Position numbers and translations under genes: made by a program | Origin: Stylophora pistillata | Lineage: Eukaryota | Assembly (NCBI RefSeq): GCF_002571385.2 | Contig: NW_019218084.1 | Location: 275,516-339,515 of the forward strand | Length of the DNA stretch: 64,000 nt | Direction of reading: 5' to 3' | Part shown: positions 49,377-61,582 of the stretch, piece by piece | Layout: each line of letters begins with the position of its first letter | How positions within the stretch are numbered: the stretch's first letter is position 1 | Notes under the pieces: generated by a model | What the model saw: the letters and a program-made list of their open reading frames with translations, nothing else | Databases searched by the model: none | What the model was told of the DNA's origin: nothing

Positions 49377-52300
49377 TTGAGAAGAATTTTCTACCTTTCT
49401 ATAACATCAAGATGTGGTTAGATATTCTAGTCTTTTCGGATAGGGACGAATAAATGGAGGTCCTGTCTCCTGCAGGGTTGGGGTAGGAGACGTTAATTTC
49501 CCACACACGAGATTACTGTGTGATGGATGTCCTCCCCTGGGGTGGGATGGGTGGGAAGGTGAGATCGACAGACTGAAGCGGCTGCTAGAGGCGCCTGATA
49601 TGNNNNNNNNNNNNNNNNNNNNNNNNNNNNNNNNNNNNNNNNNNNNNNNNNNNNNNNNNNNNNNNNNNNNNNNNNNNNNNNNNNNNNNNNNNNNNNNNNN
49701 NNNNNNNNNNNNNNNNNNNNNNNNNNNNNNNNNNNNNNNNNNNNNNNNNNNNNNNNNNNNNNNNNNNNNNNNNNNNNNNNNNNNNNNNNNNNNNNNNNNN
49801 NNNNNNNNNNNNNNNNNNNNNNNNNNNNNNNNNNNNNNNNNNNNNNNNNNNNNNTGTAAAATGTCTGGTTAGAATCATTTAACGCCCCTGAGTTAACGAG
49901 ACAGAATTTCTCCTCGCAATATCAAAACGCTATGGAGCAGACAAGTGATAAGAATAAAGAAAGATATCAATTAGGGGATAATTGGTTGATCCGATTTTAA
50001 ATTCTCCAAACTGACATTATTAGAATTGTATGGCAGACAATAATGAGAATTCCTAATGAGATGATGGGAGTGATGGGGTTCAAACACTTGTGTGTCATTG
50101 TTCCTAAGAAAGCTTTTGAGAAGTACTCCAATATCTCGCGTTACTTTTGTCTTTAGACTAATTTGAATGAGTCTTTCATTCGTTTTTCTGATCTTGGATA
50201 CCTAATTGTGTTGATATATATTTAAATTTTAGAGAAGAAATGAAACAGTGATATTTAGTTTTTGAAGATAATTTTTTTAATATGTAAATCTTATCTTGTT
50301 GCCTCTTTCTTCTTGCTGTTTTCTCAGAACTCAGTTAAAACCACTTCAGAGGTTAACGTAGAGAAAAATCTTCCAGATAGCAACACGGTATCCAGTACCT
50401 TGCTTCTCGACACCACTGATGAACATCGCATTCATCTCTTTGATCTCAACTGCCGCATCTGCACTGGAAAAATGGCGCCCCCAGGGGAGCCCCCGAGGAG
50501 AGAAACACCTGCTCCACTTGTATCAACCACATCAATGTAAGTCATGGGGAGCCTATAGGGAGGGGAGGGATGGGAGAGTAATGGTTGTTTGTAGGAATTT
50601 TGTATTATAATTGAGTAGGGCCTTAAGTTTTAAGAGACAGAGGGGGGTTTTTATCATTCTTTTCAACGCCACAGTAAGTTTGCTAAACCAGTAGCTACAT
50701 ACAATCTGTAACTGTCTATTTTTTATTCTTTTTTTTTCTTACTGATGAGGTGATTTGTTTTTAACAGAGTTCAAGCTGTTGCTGAGAGTTCAGTTCCTTC
50801 TCCTACACCTATGGACATTGTCACCTCCGCGAGGTTCGTTCCTCTGTAATTTTTAAAAATTTTGTAACTCGGGACTGGTTCAGTTTTACTTTAGGTAGCC
50901 ATGTGATTGGTCGAGAAAACTCGCGTCTCTCTCGCAACCAATCGAATTCAAACTGAAATCAATCGCCACTTGTGCACCCACGTTGTCTCGCGCCTCGGCT
51001 AGTTTGCTTGTGTTTAGTTTTGAGTTCTCATCGTTTCCTTGTGATAATTTCCTTCCGCGCTTGAGAGCTTTTCGATTGAGTGTCGTAAAACAAAAACCAA
51101 AGCCAAAACCAAGGTAATTACCACCGCCGATGAGGAGAAAGCAAAATACCGTGGAGAGCCAATGAGAACTCAAGGTAAAAACAACTAAATTGCCTAAAGC
51201 GCGGGAAAACGCAGCGACCAATTCGTGATTGGTTTAGTTTTGTAATTGATTGGTTGAGAAAGTGGCGCGACTTTTCTTCACCAATCACGAAGCAAAGATA
51301 CCCAGGACCAATGCAACACCGAATTACTTTCGACGCTCATTAAAATGTTTCTTTTTGTCTGCGTTGTTTTCCCAGCTCACCAGACTCGGCTGTGCAGCCT
51401 CCCGTGTCACCCACTATGCTGGCCAAAACAGCCAAAAAAGTCCCAGCCGTGTGGAAAGGATTTGTGATGATGCAGAGTATTGCTAAGTTCGGTACCAGTG
51501 CTTATCGTGTATCGGGGCCATGCGACGATTTGCTGCATTTGTTGCCCGATACACTACATGTTCAGGGTCGCATTGCGCATGAGCAGGTCTGGGACTATCT
51601 ACTGCAACTGAAGAGCTCCACGTCGAGGGTAAGAATTATTACAAGCCATCTCTGAAACGCTCCTCAGTTTTGAGTTATTGTTGAAATACCTCTTTGTTTT
51701 TGTACTCTGGGGCAAGACTATTTCTTGTCACAGATTCTCACTCCCTCTGTCCTGCCAGGAGAAAAAAATAGGTACCACTAAGACTTCTAAGTATGTTGAC
51801 GAAGTGCTAAGGGGAACCTTTATGGGATTTAGATTAAATTAACTTTGCATAAAGAGTGTGAAGTAATATTCCCAATCGCTCTCTGCTTTCAAAAAGCAAG
51901 GTATGCTGAGTTTGTATGAACCGTAGGACGTGTTTGCAGACTTTTTGCTACCATTTATAACTGATAGTTTCCATCTGCAATTTTTTTTATCCCAGGAGGT
52001 GTGTGTGATTAGGTACGAGGCTTCCTCTGATGACGAAAAGCTGAGTTACGTGTCGCTGTATTCGTACTTTTATAGTAGAAAGAGATGCGGTGTGGTTAGT
52101 AACTGTTACACTGGAGTCAAAGATATGTATCTGGTACCTCTAGCCTCACATCAACGCGTACCGCCAGAGCTACTACCATTTGACGGACCTGGTAAGCCTC
52201 TGAACCTGATTGAATTTAGGCTCGACAATCAACCACCGTTTGTAAAAAAAGACGATGTCCACCTTCCTATCCCAAAAGGGGAGAAACGAGGAGCCAACTT

Positions 52301-54477
52301 AAGAGAGGCGGAAATTAAACCAAGATTGAATTAGCTGTTTAGAAACTTGACACTTCGAAAAGAAAACTTCCCATAAACACTTTACCTACTAGATTATATT
52401 TAAAACTCTTCCCCCCTCCCCCTCCCCCCGAAATTGTTACACTTTTCCCACTAAACCACTTGAGAGAACTTGGCGTTAAATCAGGATGATTTCCTTTAGC
52501 TTATATCTTTGACCACCAGCCAACTGTTTCGAAAACAAGTCCATTGCCTTCCCCGGAGGGAGAGTAACGAAGAGCAAACTCGATAGTACCTCGGGAATAG
52601 ACAGTTTTTACTCCTTAGATCTTGTGGTAAACCTTACCCCTCAGTGTCTACACTTTTGCCTTTGAACCATTCAAGAGAACTTGGTGGTAATTGTCAAGAT
52701 ACCACTTTTAGCTTAAAGCTTCGTCCACACGTACAACCCTTTTAGCTGGACTTTTTATGAAAGCGTGGAGCAGTAACATGGCCATCGTTCTTACGTTGAC
52801 TGTAATACAGATTCTTTACGATTATAGTTTGACACCATACGCTGGTTATCCCTAAGACTATCAGTAGGTTTTACTGTATGAATAGCAAGGGTAACTGAAA
52901 TAATGTTGGGTTTATTGCTTCTTTCAGGACTAGATGATCCCCGTCCTCATATGCTCCTGGGAGTAATTGTCCGATCCAAGGTATTGTTCAAGCGCCCGCG
53001 TGCACTTAGTCAGCGCTCACTGTCCCCTCCTCCCAAGCGCCGAACCAGTTCAGCGAGTGTGGAGAACAGCAGCAGCGATGGAGGTGCTGAGGAGAGCCCG
53101 ACCAGGAAAAGAGAAGTGCTTAGTGAACTTCATGACTCGCCTCCGGCGGACATTGAAGATATTGTGTTTCAGTACAACACCACTCAAGCTAAGGTCAGCA
53201 GTAAGGAGACCAAGGATTTGTCAGCCAAAGCTTCTCCTGTATCTGAGACATCGACGCCTTCAGTAGCTTCCTCCTCTGGAGCGCCGAGCTCTCCTGCTGT
53301 TTCTACGAGTAATTCATCTGTTCCTTCCCTTGAGGCACAGAAACAGCAGTTACTCGATCTTCAAGAGCGCGCACGACAGTATATCATGGCTCAGACACAG
53401 CGAAAAGAAGTTGCAGCTATTGACCATTCAACCACCGCTACTAGTGAGGATAAACCGGATATTCCATTTCCTGTTGCAAATGATCCAGAAAATGACAAAA
53501 GCAGAAGTGTAGACGATGATGCACCGTATGATCCCGAGGAACATTTACTTCTTGATCTTAATCCTTCTACGCACACTCCAACCAAACCTGCAGTATCTGT
53601 ACCACCAGAGGAGCCATCTAAACCCTCCAGTCTTCAAATGTTGGTCTCCACTCTTCAAAGACTTCAAGGTGCTGGCAGCAAAAGTTTAAGTCCGCATTTA
53701 ACAGCTCTTTCTTCAATTCTACCATTGGGGGCAACCTCCGGATCCAAAGAAGAAGTTAATCAAGGAAACGAGACCACTGCTGTAGCTACGGCAGGTACCA
53801 TTAACCAGTCGTCTATCTCGGCTAGCTCGAAAAGTCCGTCCATTGTATCAGGTATCAGCATACTGCAACTCATTGGGCCAGTCAGCAGTGGATTGGAAGC
53901 AATATCCTCTGACAGCACATCCTATCCTACAGCTACTGCAAGCCATGTGTCAACGCCTATAAGTACGGCCAAGCTACATCCGGTTCCGTCCAGTTCAACC
54001 GTACATCTACAGCTTTCCGCGCCTGCAAGCCGTGCGCCATCAGCTGTGGATGAAGGTGTACAGAAGTCTTTAAGTGGAAACGTAACGCAGCAGTACAGCG
54101 GTCTTCGACCAGAAGAGCGTGCGCGGCTGGCGGCGCGCGAATCACGCATAGAGTCGAGGGAAAATAGACGATTATCAAGCGAACGCAGAGGTGAATCACA
54201 AGAACAAAGAAGGTTGGGCGACAGAGAGAGGGATGGTTGGCACGATAACCCGCGTTTCCCACGGGACTCCAGGCCTTCCGGTTCGTTTGAGTCGCGTAAC
54301 CCTCGGGATTCCCGAAGCGACTGGCGGGATCAACACAGGTCCGGACGGCTTTGGTACGAGGATGAACATCGGCGAGACAGACACTCCCAACCGATAGACG
54401 AACGACCAAGATACCAAGAACGGAGAGACGAAAGAAGATTCAGGGGGAATTGGGGTCGGGAGAGGTGGAGGCGGTGA
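38220..54477 (+). CDS. DIDO1: DIDO1/PHF3/PPS-family chromatin and transcription protein (PHD, BRK, TFIIS-M, SPOC, Arg-rich C-terminus)
   Basis: Exons: 38220-39127, 40363-41412, 42321-42442, 42657-42859, 45106-45210, 45668-45792, 46590-46689, 47011-47212, 48057-48153, 48356-48515, 48836-48952, (probable exon in gap), 50328-50536, 50768-50833, 51376-51628, 51996-52191, 52928-54477. PHD [30 protein letters not shown]...YVCPKC; SVYCSSEC; BRK VIERSTGRVIAG...WLHDHPTFEV; TFIIS-M YKNKYRSLMFNLKDPRN; HLFDLNCRICTG; SPOC WKGFV...QGRI...VKDMYLVPL...LLGVIV. Confidence 0.92.
39182..39479 (+). mobile_element. Full-length tRNA-derived SINE family 2 with 15-bp target-site duplication
   Basis: A-box TGGCCTCATGG, B-box GGTTCATACCC. 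Central CORE-like (GGCAAGACACTTTACTCTC...AAATGGG) and V-like (CCCTGCGATGGACTAGCATCCCATCCAGGG) segments. TSD TCTTTTGCTCCTATG at 39167-39181 and 39480-39494. Confidence 0.88.
43011..43558. mobile_element. MITE with ~150-bp imperfect TIRs and TTAA target (Kolobok-like)
   Basis: TTAA|GGTGTCTATATGGCCAACAGGGTTTTTAT... and ...ATAAAAACCCTGTTGGCTGTATAGACACT|TTAA. Confidence 0.8.
44280..45042. mobile_element. Probable DNA-transposon remnant with degenerate ~21-bp TTGAA subterminal repeats
   Basis: TTGAA recurs at ~20-21 bp spacing over 44790-45030. Weak end similarity TATTGCCCAGTC / GACTTGCCATA. Confidence 0.4.
47590..47960 (+). mobile_element. 5'-truncated LINE (CR1/L2-like) 3' end
   Basis: Peptide VPRSKLKSYDDQRFSIAGPKLFNSIPASLR typical of LINE ORF2 C-termini, followed by AATAAA and a (TTA)n tail. 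Confidence 0.7.
49280..49602 (+). mobile_element. tRNA-derived SINE family 1, copy D (runs into N gap)
   Basis: Head and body close to copy C. Tail matches copy B. Confidence 0.85.
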
Positions 54478-54744
54478 CTGCACAAAGTTGTTTAAAATAC
54501 TGTTACTGAAAGTTCGCAAAAGTTTAACTGTCCTCAAGAGAATTTGTATCGTGAATATCCCAAAGGCTCTCCGCTGGGATGCCGCATGTAGTTTTTTTTC
54601 AAAATGGTTCAAACGTGTTGTTTTGACTAGAGACTTTTAGTTCGGTGGGCTATAATTTTTGTACATAGCAGGTAGATGTTTTTACAGATATATAATGCTG
54701 TAGAGTTTTATCAGAGTGGTTCATGTGTTGTTTCTCTAACGTCC

Positions 54745-54750
54745 AATAAA
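54745..54750 (+). terminator. Candidate polyadenylation signal of DIDO1-like gene
   Basis: AATAAA ~270 nt after the stop codon, followed by T/GT-rich sequence. Confidence 0.4.
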
Positions 54751-56322
54751 ATTTGTTGGTCTTCTATTCTTTTTAGTATCTTGCTCACGCCGTTAGGACA
54801 ACATTCCTCCAATATGGAGGTAGTATGGTGTTGTTTGGAAACTGAATGTAAAACGTATCAAGTTAAAAGATCTTTGGTTTATCCCAGAAAAAGTTTAATA
54901 TCCTCGGCGACTTTCTGCAAGAGGATGTTTGTTTATCTAGTTCTATATTTCTGTGGGTCGGTTTTGTACTCTAGAAAAGTCCATGTCTGAGACCTCTTTT
55001 AGGACCTGAAGCGAAGTTACAACTGAAACGTTGAGTTGCCTTGTGTTATCCGAGAACGTGGATAGTTTTCTCTCAAATTACAGGCTTTTTGTTCCGAATA
55101 ATTTGCCAAGTTTGTTGATTATTACAACTGACTATGCCAAACCTGAATTGGTCGTTCCCTGCTTCATGAAGAGGCATGCGAGCTGAGATGGAAAGAGAGA
55201 AGACTCGTCCACTTGCTGTCTCCTATTGCCTCTCCCACTTCCTGTCAGCTGCTCAGTTGTTNNNNNNNNNNNNNNNNNNNNNNNNNNNNNNNNNNNNNNN
55301 NNNNNNNNNNNNNNNNNNNNNNNNNNNNNNNNNNNNNNNNNNNNNNNNNNNNNNNNNNNNNNNNNNNNNNNNNNNNNNNNNNNNNNNNNNNNNNNNNNNN
55401 NNNNNNNNNNNNNNNNNNNNNNNNNNNNNNNNNNNNNNNNNNNNNNNNNNNNNNNNNNNNNNNNNNNNNNNNNNNNNNNNNNGCCGTGCGTTCGCTTTTT
55501 CGCCAAATTTTCCTTGTCCTGATATCAAGCTTTCTAACAGAGCTATGCTGCGCTCTGATCCAGATTCTTTACTTTAATTATTTCCTTCCAATTAACCTGA
55601 ACAAGCTTCGAGCCGATGAATCTGGCTGAAAATATTTAGGATCAAATTGTACCTCTCTCCTACCCCTCCGAGTAGTTACGTTGTAGAGACTGTATTTACA
55701 TCGGCAACTCCTAGAAACCGGATTCCCATGTAATCTCCCCGGATAACATCTAAACATTTTCCAACAAATATTTTGTGAGAATACCCAAACTCTTGTTATC
55801 CTGGTGTAACACCAAATTCTCGTAACTAATCAACAAGGAAATGTGTAGCATCTAGAGAGGAGAATTAAAAATTATATCACGGTTTGTTAAATAACTTTTG
55901 AATCGTAAAAAGTTCTTTGCTAGCGCACTAAGGGCTCGTGCCAGTCCTACCCATCTCTACGCTCAGCAAGGCTTGGTACGCATTGTAGAGGGGAACTACG
56001 ACTCAGTATTTGGGAGATATTCTCAAAATTTCAACAGTGTACGCCAAATATTCACTCCCAAAGGTAACATGGAAGATATTTGTCAGTCATAATTGACAAT
56101 TATACCTGTAATCGAGTTTTAATCGTTAAGATAGACATGAGAAAGAAGGGGGATTTGAGTGTAGTAACGCGAATCATGAGTCCTTGACATTTGAGGTGGG
56201 TAGTGGGTTTCGGTTTTGCGGGATTGGCTATATTTTAGATCGATTTTTCGGTTTTCATGCCGAAAAACTTCGGTTTTTCGGTTTTGATATTCATTGCAAC
56301 TTGCGAATTTTCCGTTTATGTA

Positions 56323-56431
56323 TAGTCTCTCTCGCAGCCGTTTTGTTTTGGATGTCACGCAACGCTCCCCCAAAAGTTCTTTTGGGGGAGCGTTGCGTGA
56401 CATCCAAACAAAACGGCTGCGAGGGAGACTA
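56323..56431. mobile_element. 109-bp near-perfect hairpin MITE nested in a TTCGGTTTT-rich element (~56170-56755)
   Basis: TAGTCTCTCTCGCAGCCGTTTTGTTTTGGATGTCACGCAACGCTCCCCCAAAAG...CTTTTGGGGGAGCGTTGCGTGACATCCAAACAAAACGGCTGCGAGGGAGACTA. Flanks GTTTATGTA and GTTTATGTG. Confidence 0.85.
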
Positions 56432-58338
56432 GTTTATGTGGTATTCGGTTTTCGGTTTTCGTCAAGAATACGAATGGGCGTCCGGATTTGATATCCGATG
56501 TGGGCTTCGGTTTTGCCTATTTGGGTTCCGCTTTCTCTTAGATCTGAGCGGCAATTAATATGCGCCTCCACTGATCTCTAATAGCCACGAAATCTCTTGT
56601 CGCCACTGTATCGGATCGACAAGGGTTTTCATTATTGGGATATATTAAAAAACCATTGGTTATTGTTTTGAGGGCTTTGCATGCGGCTTGCCGCGGTTTT
56701 GATCGAATTTTTTTTATGGTTTCGCGGTTTCGAATAGACCCCAATGTCCCCTCTCCATGTTGGTTCATGTTTCTGCTAGATACTTTTCCATCTCAATGTG
56801 TTTCTTACGACGGAGGCGTCGTCATTGCTCGGACTATGAAAACATTAACAAGTTGAGGGGGTGGAGGGGATTCATTTAAACGGAGATGAACTACAACAAT
56901 GCATGGTGGCGATTGTGGTAGTTGGATTACGATGCACTAGTGTCGGAATTTCCTTAACGTTTAGAATATAATCAGTGAAATTAAAGTTTGTAATCCACTT
57001 TGTTTGAACCCTTTGCACTCTAACATCCATGCTATTCTCCACACATTTTCTAAATTATTGACAAGGATAATTCGTTTAACAATCAAGAATTTATTTAGCT
57101 GGTGATCATTTGCTTTATTCTCCTTGACTAATGCTTGATTCAAAAGTGATATTGTATGGAGAAATTACATGGTAGTAATTCTTGGGAGACATATTGCAAA
57201 GTCAGTGAATTCGAAAGTCTTATTAGATTTTTTCATATTTTTAATAGATCTCAAAATAGCTGAGATTGGACATAAAGCCTATAAACCCAGGATTACTTCA
57301 GGGTTGAAAAAATCCATAAAGATGAGAGATAAACTTTACAAGAAGTGGTTGGCAACTCATATAAAACAGACTTTCTGAACAGATGTAAAATAATTATACA
57401 GAAACAAAATTGCTTCAATCAACAAGATGCATAGAGATTCCTTTTACAATAAGGTGCTCACTGATTAAAACAGTACCAGGAATATCTGGTATAGTAAAAA
57501 TTTATTGATAAATGAAGAGCAACCTAGCTCCCCAACTGTGTAAACCACAAGACTGAATTAATCGACTTAAATCAACGAATACTTAATCAGTAACTTCTAA
57601 CAGTGACAGAATAAAACGGGGCGGTCACGCTTTGTAAACAACACAAGAGTACATAGCGAGTACAAGTTTCAACATGGCGGTTCTCTCATACACTTGAGCA
57701 CATGTTTTTTAACTGTCTCTGCGCATGTGCTGAATGCACACCGCAGGTTAATAATTTTGCAGTCTAGACTACTAGTCACCAGATTCCACACCAACTGAAG
57801 TAAATCACTTTGAGTTTTTTAAAGTCTGGGAAGTAGAGGTACCATTGATATTAGAAGAACTTAATTGATACAAAAAAATCCTTTGAAATTGAGAAGGTTC
57901 ATTCATTCTTATAAAGGTCAGCAGTACCTGCAAGTTTGGCGACCTCTAACTTATATTTTTAATCTTTCCATTACCAGTGGTAGTTTCCTTGACATTGGTT
58001 AGCAAAAGATGAATTTATTTTTCAAACAAGGGTCACAGCTCTTCTGTAACAGCTATTGATAATTATTTCATCAATGAAAGCCTATTCTCTCCAAACCAAC
58101 ATGGTTTTTGACCAGGTTATATCACAAGTGATTGTTTAACTGATCTTATTGAAGACACTTAACTCTTGTGATAAGGGAAACTATATGGTGTCTTTGTTCT
58201 TAGATTTAAGTAAAGCCTTTGATACTGATAACCACTACATTTTATTGGAAAAAGTATCATGGATTCCAACAATGTTAAGTAATTTGGTGTATATCTTGTC
58301 TTTGCAGTAGGAAATGACAGGTTTATGTCAATAGAGTT

Positions 58339-58527
58339 AACAAATGGTAAACACCACAGAGTACACTATTGAGTTATGGATGCACGCAGGAGGTTGCTAA
58401 GCATGAAAGAAGCGTAAGAGTTGCGAGAGGTGATAGCCGAGAACGTCTCTAGCTTCTTGAGTGCTTAGCAAACCTCCCAAGTGCATCCATAACTCAATAG
58501 TGTACGCTGTGGTTTTTACCATTTGTT
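58339..58527. repeat. Palindromic element inserted in the LINE
   Basis: AACAAATGGTAAACACCACAGAGTACACTATTGAGTTATGGATGCAC and GTGCATCCATAACTCAATAGTGTACGCTGTGGTTTTTACCATTTGTT form inverted arms. Confidence 0.8.
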
Positions 58528-59106
58528 TTATAACATAACATTGTTACATTGAAGCTAACGAGTTCCCTATTATTTAATAAATCTTACGTGACCAGAAAAA
58601 ACAAGCGCTTGCGGAAAAATTGTCTTTGTATTTGCTCACGTCAGCAGCGTACACCCATGGGCAAATGGGGGACGCTAAATTGACTAATCAGAGCGCGCGC
58701 TTAACTTTGGTTATGTTATAATTAAGTCTGATTTTCATCCTATGTTCTTTGGCATACCTCAAGGTTCCATATTAGAACCTTTCCTATTTCTTATCTATAT
58801 CAATTATTCTCCTAAGCAAACTGTACCTATTTATCTACCAGATTATTTATATGCAGAAGTCGGTACATCTCTAACAGCCTCTGGAACTAACCTAGATCTT
58901 TTAAATAACATTAAAAACCATCAACATACTTTTATGTAGTTACAAGTTAACCCTAAATCTTTCCAAAACTGAATATAATCTTATGTTTTATCTTTTAATA
59001 CCTCTGCAAATTAAAAGAAAAATCAAAATCGATATCCACCATTAACAATAGCAAAAAATCATGTAGAGCAATCTTCATTCATCAAGTACCTAGGTGTTTG
59101 CATAGG

Positions 59107-59759
59107 CGGTCAGTACAAAATGCAGACTGCAGACTGCAGATTGCAGACTGCAGACTGGGTATAAAATGCAGACTAGGTATAAAATGCAGACTGCAGACTG
59201 GGTATAAAATGCAGACTGAGACCAAAATTAGGTATAAAATGCAGACTATGCGAGAGCAATGTTTTTTTTAACGTACCTCAGTGTCACGCAATCGCCTTCC
59301 TGAGTTTAGCAGCCGCTAAAAGTTTCTTTCTTGGCGCTTATAAAACTAAAACGGCTGCTGGTGCCAGAGATATGTCATTTGGTTGCATAAATTACACGCT
59401 GCGCATGCTACATGCATGGGCCAGCGGTAATGACAAATAGGAAATCGCTATCGTTCGGGTTTGTTCGGATTATTCAAGATGGCTGCTCTACGATCGAACG
59501 TGTTGTCATGTTGCAGCGCAACAAATAAACGGACTGTTCACATAGACTGACCACAGTCTATGCATATGGAGAGGAAATTGCAAGGAAACGAACTCGGAAA
59601 GGCGATTACATGACTGGGGGGTGAGTTAACGATGAAAATATATCGCGTATTGCACGAAACGAGAATTTTGCTGTCAGTCTGCATTTTATACCCAATTTTG
59701 GTCTCAGTCTGCATTTTATACCCAGTCTGCAGTCTGCAGTCTGCATTTTGTACTGACCG
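59107..59759. mobile_element. MITE with (TGCAGAC)n TIRs and 10-bp TSD (Mutator-like by TSD length)
   Basis: Perfect ends CGGTCAGTACAAAATGCAGACTGCAGACTGCAGA and TCTGCAGTCTGCAGTCTGCATTTTGTACTGACCG. TSD TTTGCATAGG at 59097-59106 and 59760-59769. Confidence 0.9.
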
Positions 59760-61582
59760 TTTGCATAGGCAGTCTTCTAACTCAGCTTGACCATAATGAT
59801 TAAATATGTAGTAAAATTAGTAAAAATCTTAATATCTTAAGAAAGTCAAAGCCTCACCAAAAGATCAAAATCCTGAGATGTATTTATTATTCTATTATTT
59901 AATATCCATATCTAACATATCGTTGTGCACTCTGGGGAAATAATTATAATGCTTCACTTTTTAAAGTAGGAAAATTAAAAGACAAAGTGGTTCTTTGTCT
60001 AATCATGTTCTACTAATGGAACCAATTACTCCTCATTTTACCACTTTCAGACTTTTGAAAGTTCTTGACATTGTGAAACTCCAAGTGAATACATCTTTAC
60101 TTCGTTATGGCTACTCTGATACTGACAAACATTTAAACTTAAATATTTGGTTAGTCTTCAAGCTGCATGACTGTGACACTCAAAGTATATCCCACAACCT
60201 TCTGTCAATTCCTTCTTTTAGAACAAATCCCAGAAATTTAGTCCAACAATTATAGGCAGGTATATGATGGAACAATATTCCTCAATCTCCTTGAGAAAAA
60301 CCAACTATAAACAAATGTTTAAAAAAGCACTTTCACATTTTTATCTAATCAATATTGATTATTCCTGTAATTCATCTTCTGTCTTCCTTTTTGATCTAAG
60401 TTGTTTTCATTAAATCCCGTGTAGTGACAATAACTTTTCATTTGAAATTAGGGGGCACTTTATTAGGTAACCAGATGTGCCCGATGTAAGTTACAAAACA
60501 TTTTCCGTGTTCAGTCCGCGCGGGACTGGTAATCTACGTCATGTATTGTTGAAATTATGGTATGGACCATGTGCTCGGACCTCCAGAAGTCAAAGTTTGG
60601 TCCTAAATGTTTGTTTATTTTTTCTCATGAATGTTTTCTTTACGTTTCCTACGAGTCCACAAATCTTGTGAGTATGTTGTCACTGTAGTATTTTCGTTTC
60701 GCTTTGTTTTTTTTACGTTTGTTTCCTTTTTTGTACAGTCAAACCAGATCTTCGTAATTAAAACCTTATTCGAGTATTTAAGTCCACACCCGACTCCTCT
60801 CCATTATTTGTAGTACAGAATTAGAATTGTCTAGTAGTTATTACCTTGTTTATTATCATAAGTACCTTAACTTACTATTACATGGAGTAGAGAAATAAAC
60901 ACAAATACAAATACAAAGGGTTAAAGCAAATGCAGCTCTTACAAATTAAAGTGATTATTAATTTTAGGTCTGAAATACTACTTACCTTCAGGAATCAACG
61001 GTTACAGAAAAAAAATAGATTTCTTTCTTTCTATCTTTCTTTAAATCTGCAGTTTTTGCTAATTTTGATTTATAAATCTGTCATTTTTAACAAAATTTGA
61101 AACAGTGAAGCTAAGAATACCTCTTGATTCTATCTATGAATTTTTATTACATGAGCTTGAAGTTTTGTGTCACTGTCACTGTATAAACCATCTGCAATCC
61201 AGCATGACATTTTACAAGACTCTATAGAGTGACCTGAATCATTCAGAACTCAATATCATTCTTTAAAGTGCACCTCAGACCCAAAATTTTTTTTTCACTT
61301 AACAAAATAAGCTTATTTTTTGGAGTATTTCTGTGCAAAAATTTTTTAATTTGCTCAAATCTTTAATTTTCTATGCCTAGTCAAAATATGGAAACTCAGC
61401 CGCGTAGAACGGGGGAGATGGAGAAGTGAAGAAAGGGGTGAGGAATGATGTAGGAAAGGAAGGAGGAAAGCAGAGGAATAATAAAGGCAGTGCTTAGGAT
61501 AGTGAGACAAAGTTTCCTTTTTGTTAAAATTGTCATTATTATCATCATTATTATTAATTATTGTTATTGTCTTCTTTGACAG

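Larger units (their letters stand above)
57260..60350 (+). mobile_element. Decayed non-LTR retrotransposon (CR1/L2-like ORF2 reverse transcriptase) interrupted by MITEs
   Basis: Frameshifted motifs in expected order: KPRITSGLKKSIKMRDKLYKK (~57283), NQHGF (~58095), FLDLSKAFDT (~58197), GIPQGSILEPFLFLIYIN (~58751), KYLGV (~59083), YPYLTY..LWG (~59903). Confidence 0.85.

Noticed and set aside
49585-55629. ORFs made mostly of X
   Set aside because: They simply span N gaps.
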